From the NCBI GenBank assembly GCA_001661245.1, contig KV454011.1:734348-798347 (forward strand): a stretch of 64,000 bases of DNA, in the 5' to 3' direction. The stretch is from Pachysolen tannophilus NRRL Y-2460. Taxonomy: Eukaryota. The first letter of the stretch is position 1, and each line of letters opens with the position of its first letter. A program made the translations under genes and the position numbers. The notes under the pieces are model-generated. The model was not told where the DNA came from and ran no database searches. It saw only the letters and a list, made by a program, of their open reading frames with translations. Below, in pieces: positions 34,870 through 46,624 of the stretch.

Positions 34870-35114
34870 CCCAGTCCTAAAAACAAACAACTTCCTCCAA
34901 TCCCAGAAATCATATACTCTGTAATATCTACAGTTAATTTAAAAAAATAAAAAAAAAATTCAATTAACTTATTTTCATTTTGTTGTTAAATAAATAATAA
35001 TAATAATAATAATAATAAAGCAAAAAATGAAAAATAAAAAAAAAAATAAAAAATTAAGAAAAATACCAAAAATACCGAAAAACCACACAAATTATATAAC
35101 GAATTTCCTTAACT

Positions 35115-35546
35115 TCATTCTTTCAAGCCATTAATCGTGGCTACTATGCTTCTATTATGGTTGAATCTTCTGAACTCCATGTACCAGATTCCTTGCCATG
35201 TACCGGTGTTTAACCTACCGTTTGTAATTGGAATTGTTAAACTAGCACCAACGAGGGACGATTTGATATGTCCAGTCATATCATCAGGACCTTCAGCACT
35301 ATGTCTATAATCCTCATGCTCAACAACAATTCTGTCCAAAGAATCGTTCATATCCAATCTGACATCACTATCCCAATTCTCATTCAACGAAAGTGCAGCA
35401 GAAGTATGTTGCATAAATAAGTTCAAAGTACCAACTTTATAATGCTTCAATTCTGGTAAATTGGCAACAATTTCATCAGTAACCAAATAACAACCTTTAG
35501 TTCTTGTTTTCAATTTAAACGTCTTTTGTTCCCATGAAGAAGTCAT
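35115..35546 (-). CDS. YjbQ/UPF0047 family protein
   Basis: GCYLVTDEI, HTSAALSLNEN.D.DVR.D, Y.H..EGPDDM.GHIKSSL, GTWQGI. Confidence 0.9.
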   Translation of the reverse strand: MTSSWEQKTFKLKTRTKGCYLVTDEIVANLPELKHYKVGTLNLFMQHTSAALSLNENWDSDVRLDMNDSLDRIVVEHEDYRHSAEGPDDMTGHIKSSLVGASLTIPITNGRLNTGTWQGIWYMEFRRFNHNRSIVATINGLKE

Positions 35547-35773
35547 TTTGTGCCAATGTCAAAAAGAAAAATAATTATAATAATATAATATGAGAAAGAA
35601 AAGTCTTTTTAATTTACTATACAAATTATAACGATTTTTCAAATTATTTTTAAATTTTTTTTGGCCTTTTTGCTATCTCTATCCAAAGTTTGGATGTCAT
35701 CAAGTTTTCTTTTTTGATATGGAATAAAATAATATCATAATATAGTTCTATCACTACATGGAAACGGAAAGAA

Positions 35774-36406
35774 ATGGTTCTTAAGACATATCAAATAGAT
35801 GAACTGAGCTTTGGGACGATAAAAGCTGAGCCATTAACACCTGAATCTTTTGCTGATTTTGGTGGAATTATTTCACCAGACCATCAGGTTTCGTGTAATA
35901 GCAATCAACAACTGGCCAACTATGGAACTGCTACTAAGATTTTAAAAGTTGCTCCAATTATCAATAATTATTCAAATGCTCCAAGTCATCTACCAGCAAC
36001 TGCAAATTGGAATATTTTTAGATGTTCTCCACCAAATCATCTTATTGAATATGGTAAAGAGAAACGTGAAAACATTTATCGTTCAAAAGTATTAGAAAGA
36101 CATCCTTTTAGTACACAGGCTTTTGTTCCAATAGGTAAAGATAAATCTTGTATTGGTTACTTGGTTATAGTGGCAAAGAGTCTTGAAGAAGATGAGCAAA
36201 AATTACCTGATCTTAGTACGATGAAAGCTTTCTTATGTAAAGGTAATCAAGCAGTAACATATGGTGTTGGGACATGGCATGCACCAATGATTGCATTAGA
36301 AGATACACTAGATTTTGGAGTCTTGATTCACGAAAATGGAGTACAAGATGAAGATTGTCAAGAATGTTATTTAGAACCTTGTATCAAAATTGAATTTAGC
36401 TTATAA
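35774..36406 (+). CDS. DAL3: Ureidoglycolate lyase
   Basis: AEPLTPESFADFG, ANYGTA, LERHPFSTQAF.P, QAVTYG.GTWHAPM. Confidence 0.92.
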   Translation: MVLKTYQIDELSFGTIKAEPLTPESFADFGGIISPDHQVSCNSNQQLANYGTATKILKVAPIINNYSNAPSHLPATANWNIFRCSPPNHLIEYGKEKRENIYRSKVLERHPFSTQAFVPIGKDKSCIGYLVIVAKSLEEDEQKLPDLSTMKAFLCKGNQAVTYGVGTWHAPMIALEDTLDFGVLIHENGVQDEDCQECYLEPCIKIEFSL

Positions 36407-36581
36407 AATAAAGAAGAAAACGATTTATATTTTGTATATATTTATTTATTTATTTATATATTTATAATTATATTCAAAACCAAGATGAATTAAATAACAA
36501 TCAAAGAAAAAATGAATGAAATTAAGCCAATTCTAATGATTATTAATATTATTATTATTTTTTTTCTTTTTTTTATTTGGT

Positions 36582-37661
36582 TCAATCTGTATCCATTCTA
36601 TCTTCACTAACAGATTCATCCAGTTTTTCTTGTTCTTCCTCCTTTGGCTTTGCTTCTTCTTTTTCTTCTTCTTTTACTTCTGTTTTTTCCTTCTTATCGC
36701 CACCATCTTTATTGTTGTTATCGTCGTTGTCATCATCTTCATCATCATCACCACCATCATTGTTGTCATCTGTTGATCTCTTATTTGAAACACTATCTAA
36801 TTTGTCTAACCATTGTTGGACGTCTTCGTCATCGTATTGGGTGAATGGAACCCCTTTACCAACAACAGCAATTGAAGTATTCTTAAAAGTCAATTCTCTA
36901 TCCTGTGATAAAGTATCTCTTAATGCATATAATCCTGCTTTAATCAAATTTTCAAAATTCTCTTCATCTTTAAAACTATCCAAATTTCTTTCTAAATAAG
37001 TCTTACCACCTTGAGATCTAGCACCGAGGGCTGAACCATAAAGTTCTACAACAGAACCACTTGGCGAGAATTCAAAAAGATGAGGCCCTGTTACATCATA
37101 TCCTGCAATAATAAGACCAACACCATAAGGTCTATTACCATATGATTGAGTATTTGCCTGTGCCTTATCAGCAATTGAATAAACTGCCTTTTCAGTAGCT
37201 AATGGTCTATTAAAAATCATCTTACTGGTCATTGCCTGTTGTCTCAAGTAATTGGAAAGAACTCTAGCATCTGGAGCTAATCCTGCTAAAGAACAACCCA
37301 AATGTTCATCAATTTTAATTATCTTTCTTTGATAAGAACCTAATTCTTCTAAATTTCTTTTAAGACCAAGTAATACTACATGATCTTTCCCACGAAGACC
37401 TATTGTTGCACTTCCTTGCTTTGTTGCCTCATTGGCATACTCCACTTGGAATAATCGACCAGTTGGAGAATAAGTGACTGGATCATTATCGTAATTATTT
37501 CTAAACTAAATTGATAAAAATTATGAAATAATATGAATTAATATTAAAAATTGTTAGTAAATTAAGAAAACTCAATTCCAATTAATTTTAACAAGTTTGT
37601 TTTTTTTTTTGTAAAAAAATAATCTGATATTTAACTCCCAATTATTATCAATGCTTACCAT
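36582..37661 (-). CDS. PRE5: 20S proteasome subunit alpha-6; exon 1 is the ATG only (37661-37659), intron 37658-37506
   Basis: Spliced MFRNNYDNDPVTYSPTGRLFQVEYA; RPYGVGL, GARSQGGKTYLER; GTAAGC..TACTAAC..TAG. Confidence 0.95.
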
Positions 37662-37758
37662 TATATCTCAATATACATATATAGATAACTATATCTTCTT
37701 CTTTGATTTATAAAACTAATTAATAATGTTAATCCGTTTATAAATAATACTTTTATTT

Positions 37759-37770
37759 GGTGGCGGCAAT
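37759..37770 (+). promoter_or_regulatory. Rpn4/PACE-like element in the PRE5 promoter
   Basis: GGTGGCGGCAAT about 100 bp upstream of the PRE5 ATG; resembles GGTGGCAAA. Confidence 0.5.
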
Positions 37771-37965
37771 CTATTTTTTTGATTTTTGATTTTTGATTTT
37801 TTCATGAAACCAAAAAAACTAAAAAAAAAAATATCAAACCGCCAAAATTAATAAGGTAAATTGATAGATAATTAACATTAAACAAACAAGTTTAAAGATA
37901 TATATATAGATATAAAGATAGACATAGTTTTAATCTTTTTATTTTTTTTTTTTGAATAAGATTCG

Positions 37966-38485
37966 ATGCCAAGTATCAATCCATTAACCAAAATCATTGG
38001 GTTATCAGCTGTATTGGCGGCCGGCTTTTTAATGATATTCTTGGCTGGTGCCATTTATGGGAATTGGCTTCCAATACTAGTTGGTAAGTATTTATTATCC
38101 GATACTTTAGTTTCTTTATTGAATAAACCACCAACATAACTAACAATTCATTATTTATTTTTTTATTTGTTTTTTTTTTTAATAAGGCTTTTTATTTGGA
38201 ATCTCTCATCTTCCAATAATTATTTCAAACAATTGGCAGCAATATACAGATATAGATTTTATGAATGATACTACAAAGACAGCATCAGAATTGGGGAGGT
38301 TTGTGTCTGCTTTCTTAACAACAACGTCTTCTGTTATTCCATTTGTATTTTATCACTGTCATATATTGACCAAGGTTGCTACTATATTGACTTTTATGGG
38401 AGGATTGTTGATTTACAGCACAGTGGTTATATTTACCAGTTTTTTCAATGTTGATGATGGTGACGAATTGAATTTTGAGATTTAA
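37966..38485 (+). CDS. VPS55: Vacuolar protein sorting 55; exons 37966-38083, 38187-38485
   Basis: NPLTKIIGLS..LA.GFL..LA.A..NW.P; four hydrophobic segments; intron GTAAGT..AACTAAC..AAG keeps the frame. An extra upstream exon cannot be excluded. Confidence 0.85.
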
Positions 38486-39191
38486 AAAAAAAATAAAATA
38501 AAATTAAAAGAAACAAAGAAAGAATGCCAGCACAATTTTGCAATTGACGTAAAGAAATGTTAATTCAAGATATTTTCTAAAAAGTGTACTTCAAAGGACA
38601 CTACAGGGGGTTGTTTGTTTTTTTTTTATCATTTTCATTTTCTTTTCTCTTTGATAGTTGAAAACATTTTATGTTTTACGAAAAGCCGAATTAAACGTTT
38701 TTATTATTGATTGATAAACAACAAAAACGACATTAACAATAACATTTGTAAGTACAATTTTTAGTTAAATCTTTCCTTAAACCCATAAGAAATGATCTTA
38801 TCATAATAAACAATGATTCATTTTATACTCCCCTCCTTCATTCTCCCTTTATTCTCCCATTATTCTTCCCTTTTCTCCCCTCCTGTTCGCTTTGTCATTA
38901 AACCATCATCTATCATTAAATAATCCCCGTGTTAAAACGGTTGATAATGTAGAAATAAGCCGCAGCTCCTAAGCTAATTTTTCCCCAGCGAAAAGCCGGA
39001 TGAAATTTTTTTTTTTTCTCTTACCGCATCGAGGCCGATATAAATACCAAAAGAATTATCTTTTAAATAATAAATAATAAATAAATAAAAAATAAAGGTT
39101 ATTATTTCTAGTTTATTAAATGGAAAAGGACTAGAGATTTCGATATAGTATATCTAGTGATGGGTTAGAAAGAAAGGTTTAATAAACAAAT

Positions 39192-39941
39192 ATGTTTTTT
39201 GAATTCATAGGGAAAGACGATTTAGAAACTTTGAAAAATTCGGATCCGTTGTATAAAATACCTGAAAAAGATTTAGAAAAATTAGTTGATAAATTTTATC
39301 TTTTTAAGAAAAAATATGTTCATGAATTTTTTTCAAAAGATACAGAAACATTTGAACAAATATGGAGATTAAATGATGAAGTTCCTGAGAGACAAGAACA
39401 TTTCCATAATCTTTTCCCTAGAAAATCATCAAATTTAGATGCGGCTCATCATTATAGTAATTTTAGTATGTATGGGTATTGTTCAAGATGGTTACCTTCA
39501 CCAGTTTTACATATTTTATTCCCATTTCATTGGTTAGTATATGATAGTGATGGGAATAAGCGTCAAGGGATTATAAATAATAAAGAATCTTCAAGTCAAG
39601 ATAATTCCAAATTGGTTCCGAAGTTAACCGCAAGAGCTGTCCCAACACTGTTAGAACGTAATCTGTGTAAGTTAGTTGAAGGAAATGAAATATGGGATAG
39701 AATGGGTAATTGGGCTTGTCTTAAAAAGGGTAAAAAAAATTTAATAATTAATGAAAAAGATGAGATGGGTGAAAATTTTTTTCAAAGTTTTAATGAATAT
39801 TGTCGTTGGAAAAAAATTTTAAATGAAAAAGTTTTAAATTGTTTGCATGAAGAAAATTGTAATGATAATGAAATTAAAAGACTACAAGATTTTAGAAAAA
39901 AATCAATTATTCCTGTGGATCTTATAGTTGATCAAGATTAA
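39192..39941 (+). CDS. Divergent Mpm1-like (mitochondrial peculiar membrane protein) protein
   Basis: VPT....C....G..IWD..G.W.CL and FF..F..Y..WK motifs recalled from the Mpm1 family. Confidence 0.45.
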   Translation: MFFEFIGKDDLETLKNSDPLYKIPEKDLEKLVDKFYLFKKKYVHEFFSKDTETFEQIWRLNDEVPERQEHFHNLFPRKSSNLDAAHHYSNFSMYGYCSRWLPSPVLHILFPFHWLVYDSDGNKRQGIINNKESSSQDNSKLVPKLTARAVPTLLERNLCKLVEGNEIWDRMGNWACLKKGKKNLIINEKDEMGENFFQSFNEYCRWKKILNEKVLNCLHEENCNDNEIKRLQDFRKKSIIPVDLIVDQD

Positions 39942-40394
39942 TTTATAATGATTAGATTAGATATGTATAATATTAGATTTAGTTTTTTTTTTTTTTCTCT
40001 TCATTCTTCTTCTTTTTGAATTTTATAGCATAGTTTATTTAGATTAATATTCATATATATATATTTATTTATCACACTGAAATCGTATCGCTTTCATGGG
40101 AGCATTTTTTTTTTTTTTTTTTTCATTAAAAAAGAAAAAAAAATATTTAAAAAACCTCAATAAAAGAGACTAAAAGACTTGAAAATGAGAATTATAACTT
40201 TATTTTTGACACCGTCAAGTGATGGAGACAAAAAAGAAGAAAAAAAAATTTAAAAAAAATTAAAAAAAAAAAAAATTCTTGATTTTGAAATTAATTTAAT
40301 CAACCACACATTTTGATATTTTGTTTCTCCTTTTACTTATCCCCTTTCTGGAGTCAAGTAGTCAAATCAAGCAAAAGTAATCCAAAAGTAATCC

Positions 40395-40425
<31 letters not shown>

Positions 40426-40457
40426 CGTTTGATTTATCCATTCATTCATTCAATTAT

Positions 40458-41162
40458 TTATTCTTCTTCTTCATCACTGACTTGAATAGGTTGTTTCAAG
40501 ACGTTTCCTTTCAAATGATAATGCTCTTTTCTCATTTGCTCAAACTTTTTATGTCTTTCTTCAGCTGACAACTTAGGTTGTTCTTCATCTGCTTCTTCAT
40601 CCTCTTTATAATTTGGATCTTTAATGATTGTACCACCACTTAACGATTCTTCTTCTTCATCAACCGGCTCTACTTCAGGCTCACCTAACTTGAAATCATC
40701 CAAATCATCTTCTTCGTTATCATTTCTATAATAATCATTATTAGGATCAACACCACCTTCATAAGGAGTCTTTGGTTCATCTATCTTCATAGTGGCGCAT
40801 TTTTCTTGTTCGGTTAAATACAAATTAACTTCATCCCATTTCAAATGTTCACCTTCTTTCAAACCATTCTGATCCGAATCATTAGTATTATTTTCCTTTT
40901 GTTTCAGTTTTTGTTCTGCAATTTTTTGTCTTATCCTATCTCCAGCAGTTAGTATTTCACCCTCACCATCTTTATTCGTATCAGCACCTGCAGCAAGAGC
41001 ATGAAGTTTCGCATTCAACCTTGTATTTTCTAAAACTTTTTGCCTATCCAAATGCTTTGTTATATCTATTCTCTGCTGTTCATATGTACCTTCTGGTGGA
41101 GCATTTCTTAAAATACCCTTTGGAGTAGGTTGATGTTGTACTGAATTGCTTTCCGACATCAT
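40458..41162 (-). CDS. GLC8: Protein phosphatase 1 inhibitor-2 family regulator
   Basis: PKGILR (SILK-like), LKWDEVNL, MKIDEPKTPY, KFEQMRKEHY. Confidence 0.9.
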   Translation of the reverse strand: MMSESNSVQHQPTPKGILRNAPPEGTYEQQRIDITKHLDRQKVLENTRLNAKLHALAAGADTNKDGEGEILTAGDRIRQKIAEQKLKQKENNTNDSDQNGLKEGEHLKWDEVNLYLTEQEKCATMKIDEPKTPYEGGVDPNNDYYRNDNEEDDLDDFKLGEPEVEPVDEEEESLSGGTIIKDPNYKEDEEADEEQPKLSAEERHKKFEQMRKEHYHLKGNVLKQPIQVSDEEEE

Positions 41163-41741
41163 GAATAAATAAATTAAACTTGAATATTCTATTTCAAAGT
41201 AAAAGTAAAAAAAAAAAATAAAAATTAAAATGGGAAAATAGAAATTAAAAAAACTATTATATTGATTATAACTAATGATATAAACTTTTTGATCAATAAT
41301 TCAGAAACTAATAATTATATCAATAAATATATATTTATTATATAATTTATATATGCAGAACAAGATAGAAAAGAAGAACCACTATTAAGAACTCATTTAA
41401 AAATGAAGTTTAAATTGTATTTTGTTTTCCTAATTGGGAATCGTAATTTACACTTACTTAAAACGGAAATGTGCTATTTTAGGTAATAGTCTTTACTTTA
41501 ATAACGTAATGATTAAATAAATAAATAAATGAATGAATGAATGAATGAATGCATATATTGTAAAATAACCACATAAAGAGAATAAGGATAATCAATGGGT
41601 TTTGTTGGTTAATGGTATTCAAATATCTGATTTAAAAGCTTTTTGCTTTTCTATTAGACAGTACAAACAAGTAGTGATATTTTCGAAAATAAAAGTAAAA
41701 AAAAAAAAAATAAAGATAAAAAAAAAAAAAAAAAAAAGATA

Positions 41742-42488
41742 NNNNNNNNNNNNNNNNNNNNNNNNNNNNNNNNNNNNNNNNNNNNNNNNNNNNNNNNNNN
41801 NNNNNNNNNNNNNNNNNNNNNNNNNNNNNNNNNNNNNNNNNNNNNNNNNNNNNNNNNNNNNNNNNNNNNNNNNNNNNNNNNNNNNNNNNNNNNNNNNNNN
41901 NNNNNNNNNNNNNNNNNNNNNNNNNNNNNNNNNNNNNNNNNNNNNNNNNNNNNNNNNNNNNNNNNNNNNNNNNNNNNNNNNNNNNNNNNNNNNNNNNNNN
42001 NNNNNNNNNNNNNNNNNNNNNNNNNNNNNNNNNNNNNNNNNNNNNNNNNNNNNNNNNNNNNNNNNNNNNNNNNNNNNNNNNNNNNNNNNNNNNNNNNNNN
42101 NNNNNNNNNNNNNNNNNNNNNNNNNNNNNNNNNNNNNNNNNNNNNNNNNNNNNNNNNNNNNNNNNNNNNNNNNNNNNNNNNNNNNNNNNNNNNNNNNNNN
42201 NNNNNNNNNNNNNNNNNNNNNNNNNNNNNNNNNNNNNNNNNNNNNNNNNNNNNNNNNNNNNNNNNNNNNNNNNNNNNNNNNNNNNNNNNNNNNNNNNNNN
42301 NNNNNNNNNNNNNNNNNNNNNNNNNNNNNNNNNNNNNNNNNNNNNNNNNNNNNNNNNNNNNNNNNNNNNNNNNNNNNNNNNNNNNNNNNNNNNNNNNNNN
42401 NNNNNNNNNNNNNNNNNNNNNNNNNNNNNNNNNNNNNNNNNNNNNNNNNNNNNNNNNNNNNNNNNNNNNNNNNNNNNNNNNNNNNNNN
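41742..42488. other. Assembly gap (N run)
   Basis: Run of N between poly-A tracts. Confidence 1.
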
Positions 42489-42600
42489 AATAAAAAAAAA
42501 AAAAATAAAGATGAAAATGAAAATGAAAATAAAAATATAAGTAGAATAATGTCTCTTTTCTGTTTCTGCCAAATGGCTTTCCAAATTTTTTGGTTTCTTA

Positions 42601-43530
42601 TCAATAAATTTTTTTCTTTTCATCCAAAGATAATTCACCAGCACCTGTATTTGTAACAACTAATAAGCCACCTACAATACTCAAAGTCTGGAAGAATTCA
42701 TATTTCAAAAAATCTCTTCTTGGATCTCTATTGCTATAAGTCCAATAATGATTAACAGAAGTATTATAAACTGCCAATAAGAAGACTAATACAATAGCAG
42801 CAAATTTAGTTTTATAACCAACAACGATTGAGATACTAGATGTGAATCCTATGAAAACCACCAAGAATCTCATAAGTGACCAATTTGAATTAAATGCAAA
42901 GCCTGCAAATAATACAATAACCAATACTCTACCAGCCAATAATATATATTTTTTGTTATCCTTTCTTTCAATCATTGGTAAACCTGGCATTAAAAGAGCT
43001 CTCTTATCACGAACTAAACTATCTGCAAAAGCCAACAATAAGCCACCCAATACACTCAAATTTCTTAATAAAAACAGAGAATCAAACCATAATCCATAAA
43101 CAAGACCTTGGAAAAATACAATAAGACATAATGCAATACATGCAACATCAGTCTTCTTTCTCAATATTAACATTGTAGCAGCAGATGACATCACAATAAC
43201 ATTTGTAAATAAAAATACTACAACTAGCCAATACCACATATGCCTGTAGTTCCATAAATAAAAAACTTGATCTTTCCATTGTGTAACTATTCTAGTTGCA
43301 TCCTCATAAAAAGTTGCAACTATAAGAAATCTACCAATTGCAGGAACATAAGGTTTAACTGGTCCAGAATAATTATCAATCGTTGATTCAACCACTTCAG
43401 TAAAATTCTCAAATTTCTCAATGTATGATTTATCTATTACAACCGGACCCAAATGCATTTTATTACTATTGACATTATTGCTGTTATTTTGATTAAAATT
43501 GTAGTTGTTGATTTTTCCACGATATGACAT
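42601..43530 (-). CDS. ERV29: SURF4-family ER cargo receptor
   Basis: KPYVPAIGRFLIVATFYED, RNLSVLGGLL, RDFLKYEFFQTLSIVGGLL, C-terminal DEKKKIY dilysine motif. Confidence 0.96.
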   Translation of the reverse strand: MSYRGKINNYNFNQNNSNNVNSNKMHLGPVVIDKSYIEKFENFTEVVESTIDNYSGPVKPYVPAIGRFLIVATFYEDATRIVTQWKDQVFYLWNYRHMWYWLVVVFLFTNVIVMSSAATMLILRKKTDVACIALCLIVFFQGLVYGLWFDSLFLLRNLSVLGGLLLAFADSLVRDKRALLMPGLPMIERKDNKKYILLAGRVLVIVLFAGFAFNSNWSLMRFLVVFIGFTSSISIVVGYKTKFAAIVLVFLLAVYNTSVNHYWTYSNRDPRRDFLKYEFFQTLSIVGGLLVVTNTGAGELSLDEKKKIY

Positions 43531-44580
43531 CTTTTTAAATAAATAGAAAGAAAAAAAGAAAAAAAGAACAAAAAAAAAAAAAAATAAAAGAGGAATTCAA
43601 TTATTAAATATATTTGGATCAACAACCAAACCAATATTCCACCCAAAAATGAAAATATGAAAATATGAAAATATAAAGTTTAATATTTAATTAGAAGTTG
43701 ATGATGATATGTTATGTTGTGTTCACTTCAGAGATCAAGGTTCAAAAAAAATAAGCATAATTGGAGTTTGTGTGCACTACCTCTTCTATTTTAATTAAAA
43801 TTGGGGGTAAATGGAGATAAAATACAAAGTGTTGATTATTTCAGAAAAAAATGAGAAGTTTAATCTCTATAAGTTGTCTTTTTTGCTTCTTGTTAATTAA
43901 GCTAAAGACTTAGCTTTTGCTTTTCTTTTTTTTTTTCTTTCAATTTAGTTAGCTTTTGAGCTAAAGGTTACGAACACCTCTCGCTCTTGGTGGAAAGGGG
44001 GTGTTGGGTGTTGCCAACAGTAATCTTCAAAATCGCCCACTCATGAAAATTCAATTTTTTTATTAAATTAGCTAGAAGAATAAGTCAAGTATCTTATATT
44101 TCTCAAATGAAAAAGGGAAGAAAAAGTAATTCAATAAAGATATTATTGTTAAAAAAAAATATATGGTTCTCTGATAGTGGAAAGAAATTAAGTAATATAG
44201 TTTTTTTTCTTTCTTTACACGTTTTAGTAAACAAAAACTTTCCTTTCAATAAAGAACAACTTACAAAAACCAAATTAAAATATATTTAGCTCATAACTGA
44301 ATTGAAACTATTGAAACTCCATTTCCCCTCATTCAAAAAAAGCCATAAATGAATATACAATTAAATATATTAGATAGAAATTCATATAGCAAGCAATTAT
44401 AAGTAGTGTAAATAGTATCAAATTTATAAATTTTCGATGACGAAAAATGAAATAAAAAAAAAAATTCAATGAAGGAAAAAAAAGAAGAAGAAGAAGAAGG
44501 GTTTTATACTTTACTATAATTGATAATTGATTGAATTGTTAAATATTCAAGAAAACAGAGCTAATAATAATTAAAGGAAA

Positions 44581-45052
44581 ATGTCATTTTTAGGTTTTGG
44601 TGGGCAACCACAACTTACTTCGGAACAAAAAATTCAAGGTGCAGAAGCTGAGTTAGATTTAGTTACAAATATGTTTAACAAGTAAGTTTTTTTATATTTT
44701 ATATTTTATTGGCCTTTAATGATTTAATAAAGATTATACTAACTTTAGAATTCTTTTTTTACCTTAGATTGGTTGAAACTTGTCATTCGAAATGTATTGC
44801 CTCAAACAAATATACTGATGGTAATTTGGATAAGACAGAAAGCTTGTGCATTGATAGATGTGTTGCCAAATATTTTGAGACAAATGTCAAAGTTGGTGAA
44901 GTAAGTATAAAATTAAAATTTCTACAATTTATCTGTTTTATTGGTTGATTTATAGATATATATATACTAACTAATTTTCTATTCTTTTTTTTGCTTTATA
45001 GAATATGCAATCGATGGGTAAAAGTGGAGCATTGGGTGGAGTGCCAAAATAA
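44581..45052 (+). CDS. TIM10: Mitochondrial intermembrane-space chaperone Tim10; exons 44581-44681, 44768-44900, 45002-45052
   Basis: [37 protein letters not shown]...[21 protein letters not shown] twin CX3C; two canonical GTAAGT/TACTAAC/TAG introns. Confidence 0.95.
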
Positions 45053-45302
45053 TAACTACAACTATTATCAATAATAATATAATTAGGTATACAATTTTTA
45101 TTCTATTATATATATATATTTTTTAAACCTTCCGTCTTATTTGTATAGCTTCAGTATATAAAGTGAAAGAAAAAATCTTGTACATGCATGCTAATTATAA
45201 CTAACAATTTTTAATATATTAAAGTAAAAAATATTCAATCTATGTACAAAAAAAAAAATTTCAAATTTAAATTTAAATTACTACAACTACCAAGTCCAAG
45301 TC

Positions 45303-46067
45303 TTAGAATCCCAAAGCTTTTAATACTCTCAATTTTATCCCTTCAAAACTATTCAATTTTGGCCTTACATCCAAATAAAAACTTGCAGCCTGTGGATTAT
45401 TAGGATCTGTTTTACCTCCATAAAAATCAATAACGTAATCCACTTGCTTACCACACCTATCTATTGTCCAATCATGTCTATCAAAAGGTCTTTCATAACC
45501 GAGAAATAACTTCCATCTTGCTCTTGGAGTTAATTTTTTAGAGTCACCTTTAAAACTAGTTAATTTAATACCACCACAATTTTCTGCACCTTGACCTTTT
45601 TCCCATAATTGAATATAAAACCATGCTCTTTCATTTACAGCATTATGAATAGGAACCACTGTTTTCATATCTTTAACATCTGGATTCCATTCTTTACGTT
45701 TCATGGCTTCAAAAAATTGTTTTTGAGAAGGATATATCCAATTTGAATTAGCTCCAGTCCTTGGAATTGAAGAAACTTCTCTTTCCATTGGTAAATCAAC
45801 ATTCGAACTTAAAACTGGATTATCTGTTAATTTTTCCGAAGAACAAGAATCTTGTCCCAGAGTTTCTTTTGGAACTTCAATAGCTTCTGGTTGTCCAGTC
45901 ACAATATGAGGCTTATTACCCATCTGTTGAATCCATTTCTCTCTTGCAGTATGATCAACTGGACATTTATCAGCACTGGCAGCTTCTTCTTCTTCTTGCT
46001 TCTTGAGCCACACTTCTCTAGCAGAATGGTCAACAGGACACTTTGGCTGTTCCTCTTCTTTTGACAT
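45303..46067 (-). CDS. CYT2: Cytochrome c1 haem lyase
   Basis: Two CPVDH haem-regulatory motifs, REVSSIPR, WIYPS, HNAVNE, CGGIKLTSFKGDSKKLTPRA, PFDRHDW. Confidence 0.93.
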   Translation of the reverse strand: MSKEEEQPKCPVDHSAREVWLKKQEEEEAASADKCPVDHTAREKWIQQMGNKPHIVTGQPEAIEVPKETLGQDSCSSEKLTDNPVLSSNVDLPMEREVSSIPRTGANSNWIYPSQKQFFEAMKRKEWNPDVKDMKTVVPIHNAVNERAWFYIQLWEKGQGAENCGGIKLTSFKGDSKKLTPRARWKLFLGYERPFDRHDWTIDRCGKQVDYVIDFYGGKTDPNNPQAASFYLDVRPKLNSFEGIKLRVLKALGF

Positions 46068-46624
46068 GAGCGTTACTTTAAAAGAGAGGAAAGAACGAAA
46101 AAAAGAAAAAAAAAANAAAAAAAACTTAATCTATATCTATTACCAACTACTATTACTATTTACTACTACTATTCCTTTTGATAAAAATTTGTACTTCTTA
46201 AACCAATAATAAAAACTTTAAAAGTAATTCAAATGAAAAAAGTCGATTTTGTTCGTATGTACACTACCAAAAATATATGGAAGACATTTCTGGAATATGT
46301 CCCATTTTTTGGCTTATGTTTAGGTTTAGTACCCACAAATGATTTTGGACCAGATCAGAAATGAAACTAGATCCAAGATAATGAACAGTATATTGTCAAC
46401 TACAGATTATTTTAAAAATCACCAATAAGTAATTCTATTTTTTTATTTTTAAAAAAAGAGAAAAAAATAGAAGCATTAAAGTCGACAATCAATTTATATA
46501 AAAAAAGGGGGATATCCATAACAATTTGTTAAAAAGAAAGAAAAAAAAAAACTGAAAAGTGGGTATTATTCATTAAAGAAAGTTATTCTTTAAATTTCTC
46601 CATTTCCATTACTTTTGTCTTCTC

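Noticed and set aside
41452..41457. GTAAGT on the - strand upstream of GLC8 as a possible UTR intron donor
   Set aside because: No CTAAC-type branch point between it and the ATG.
41602..42659. Three ORFs spanning the second N-gap
   Set aside because: Artefacts of Ns and poly-A flanks.
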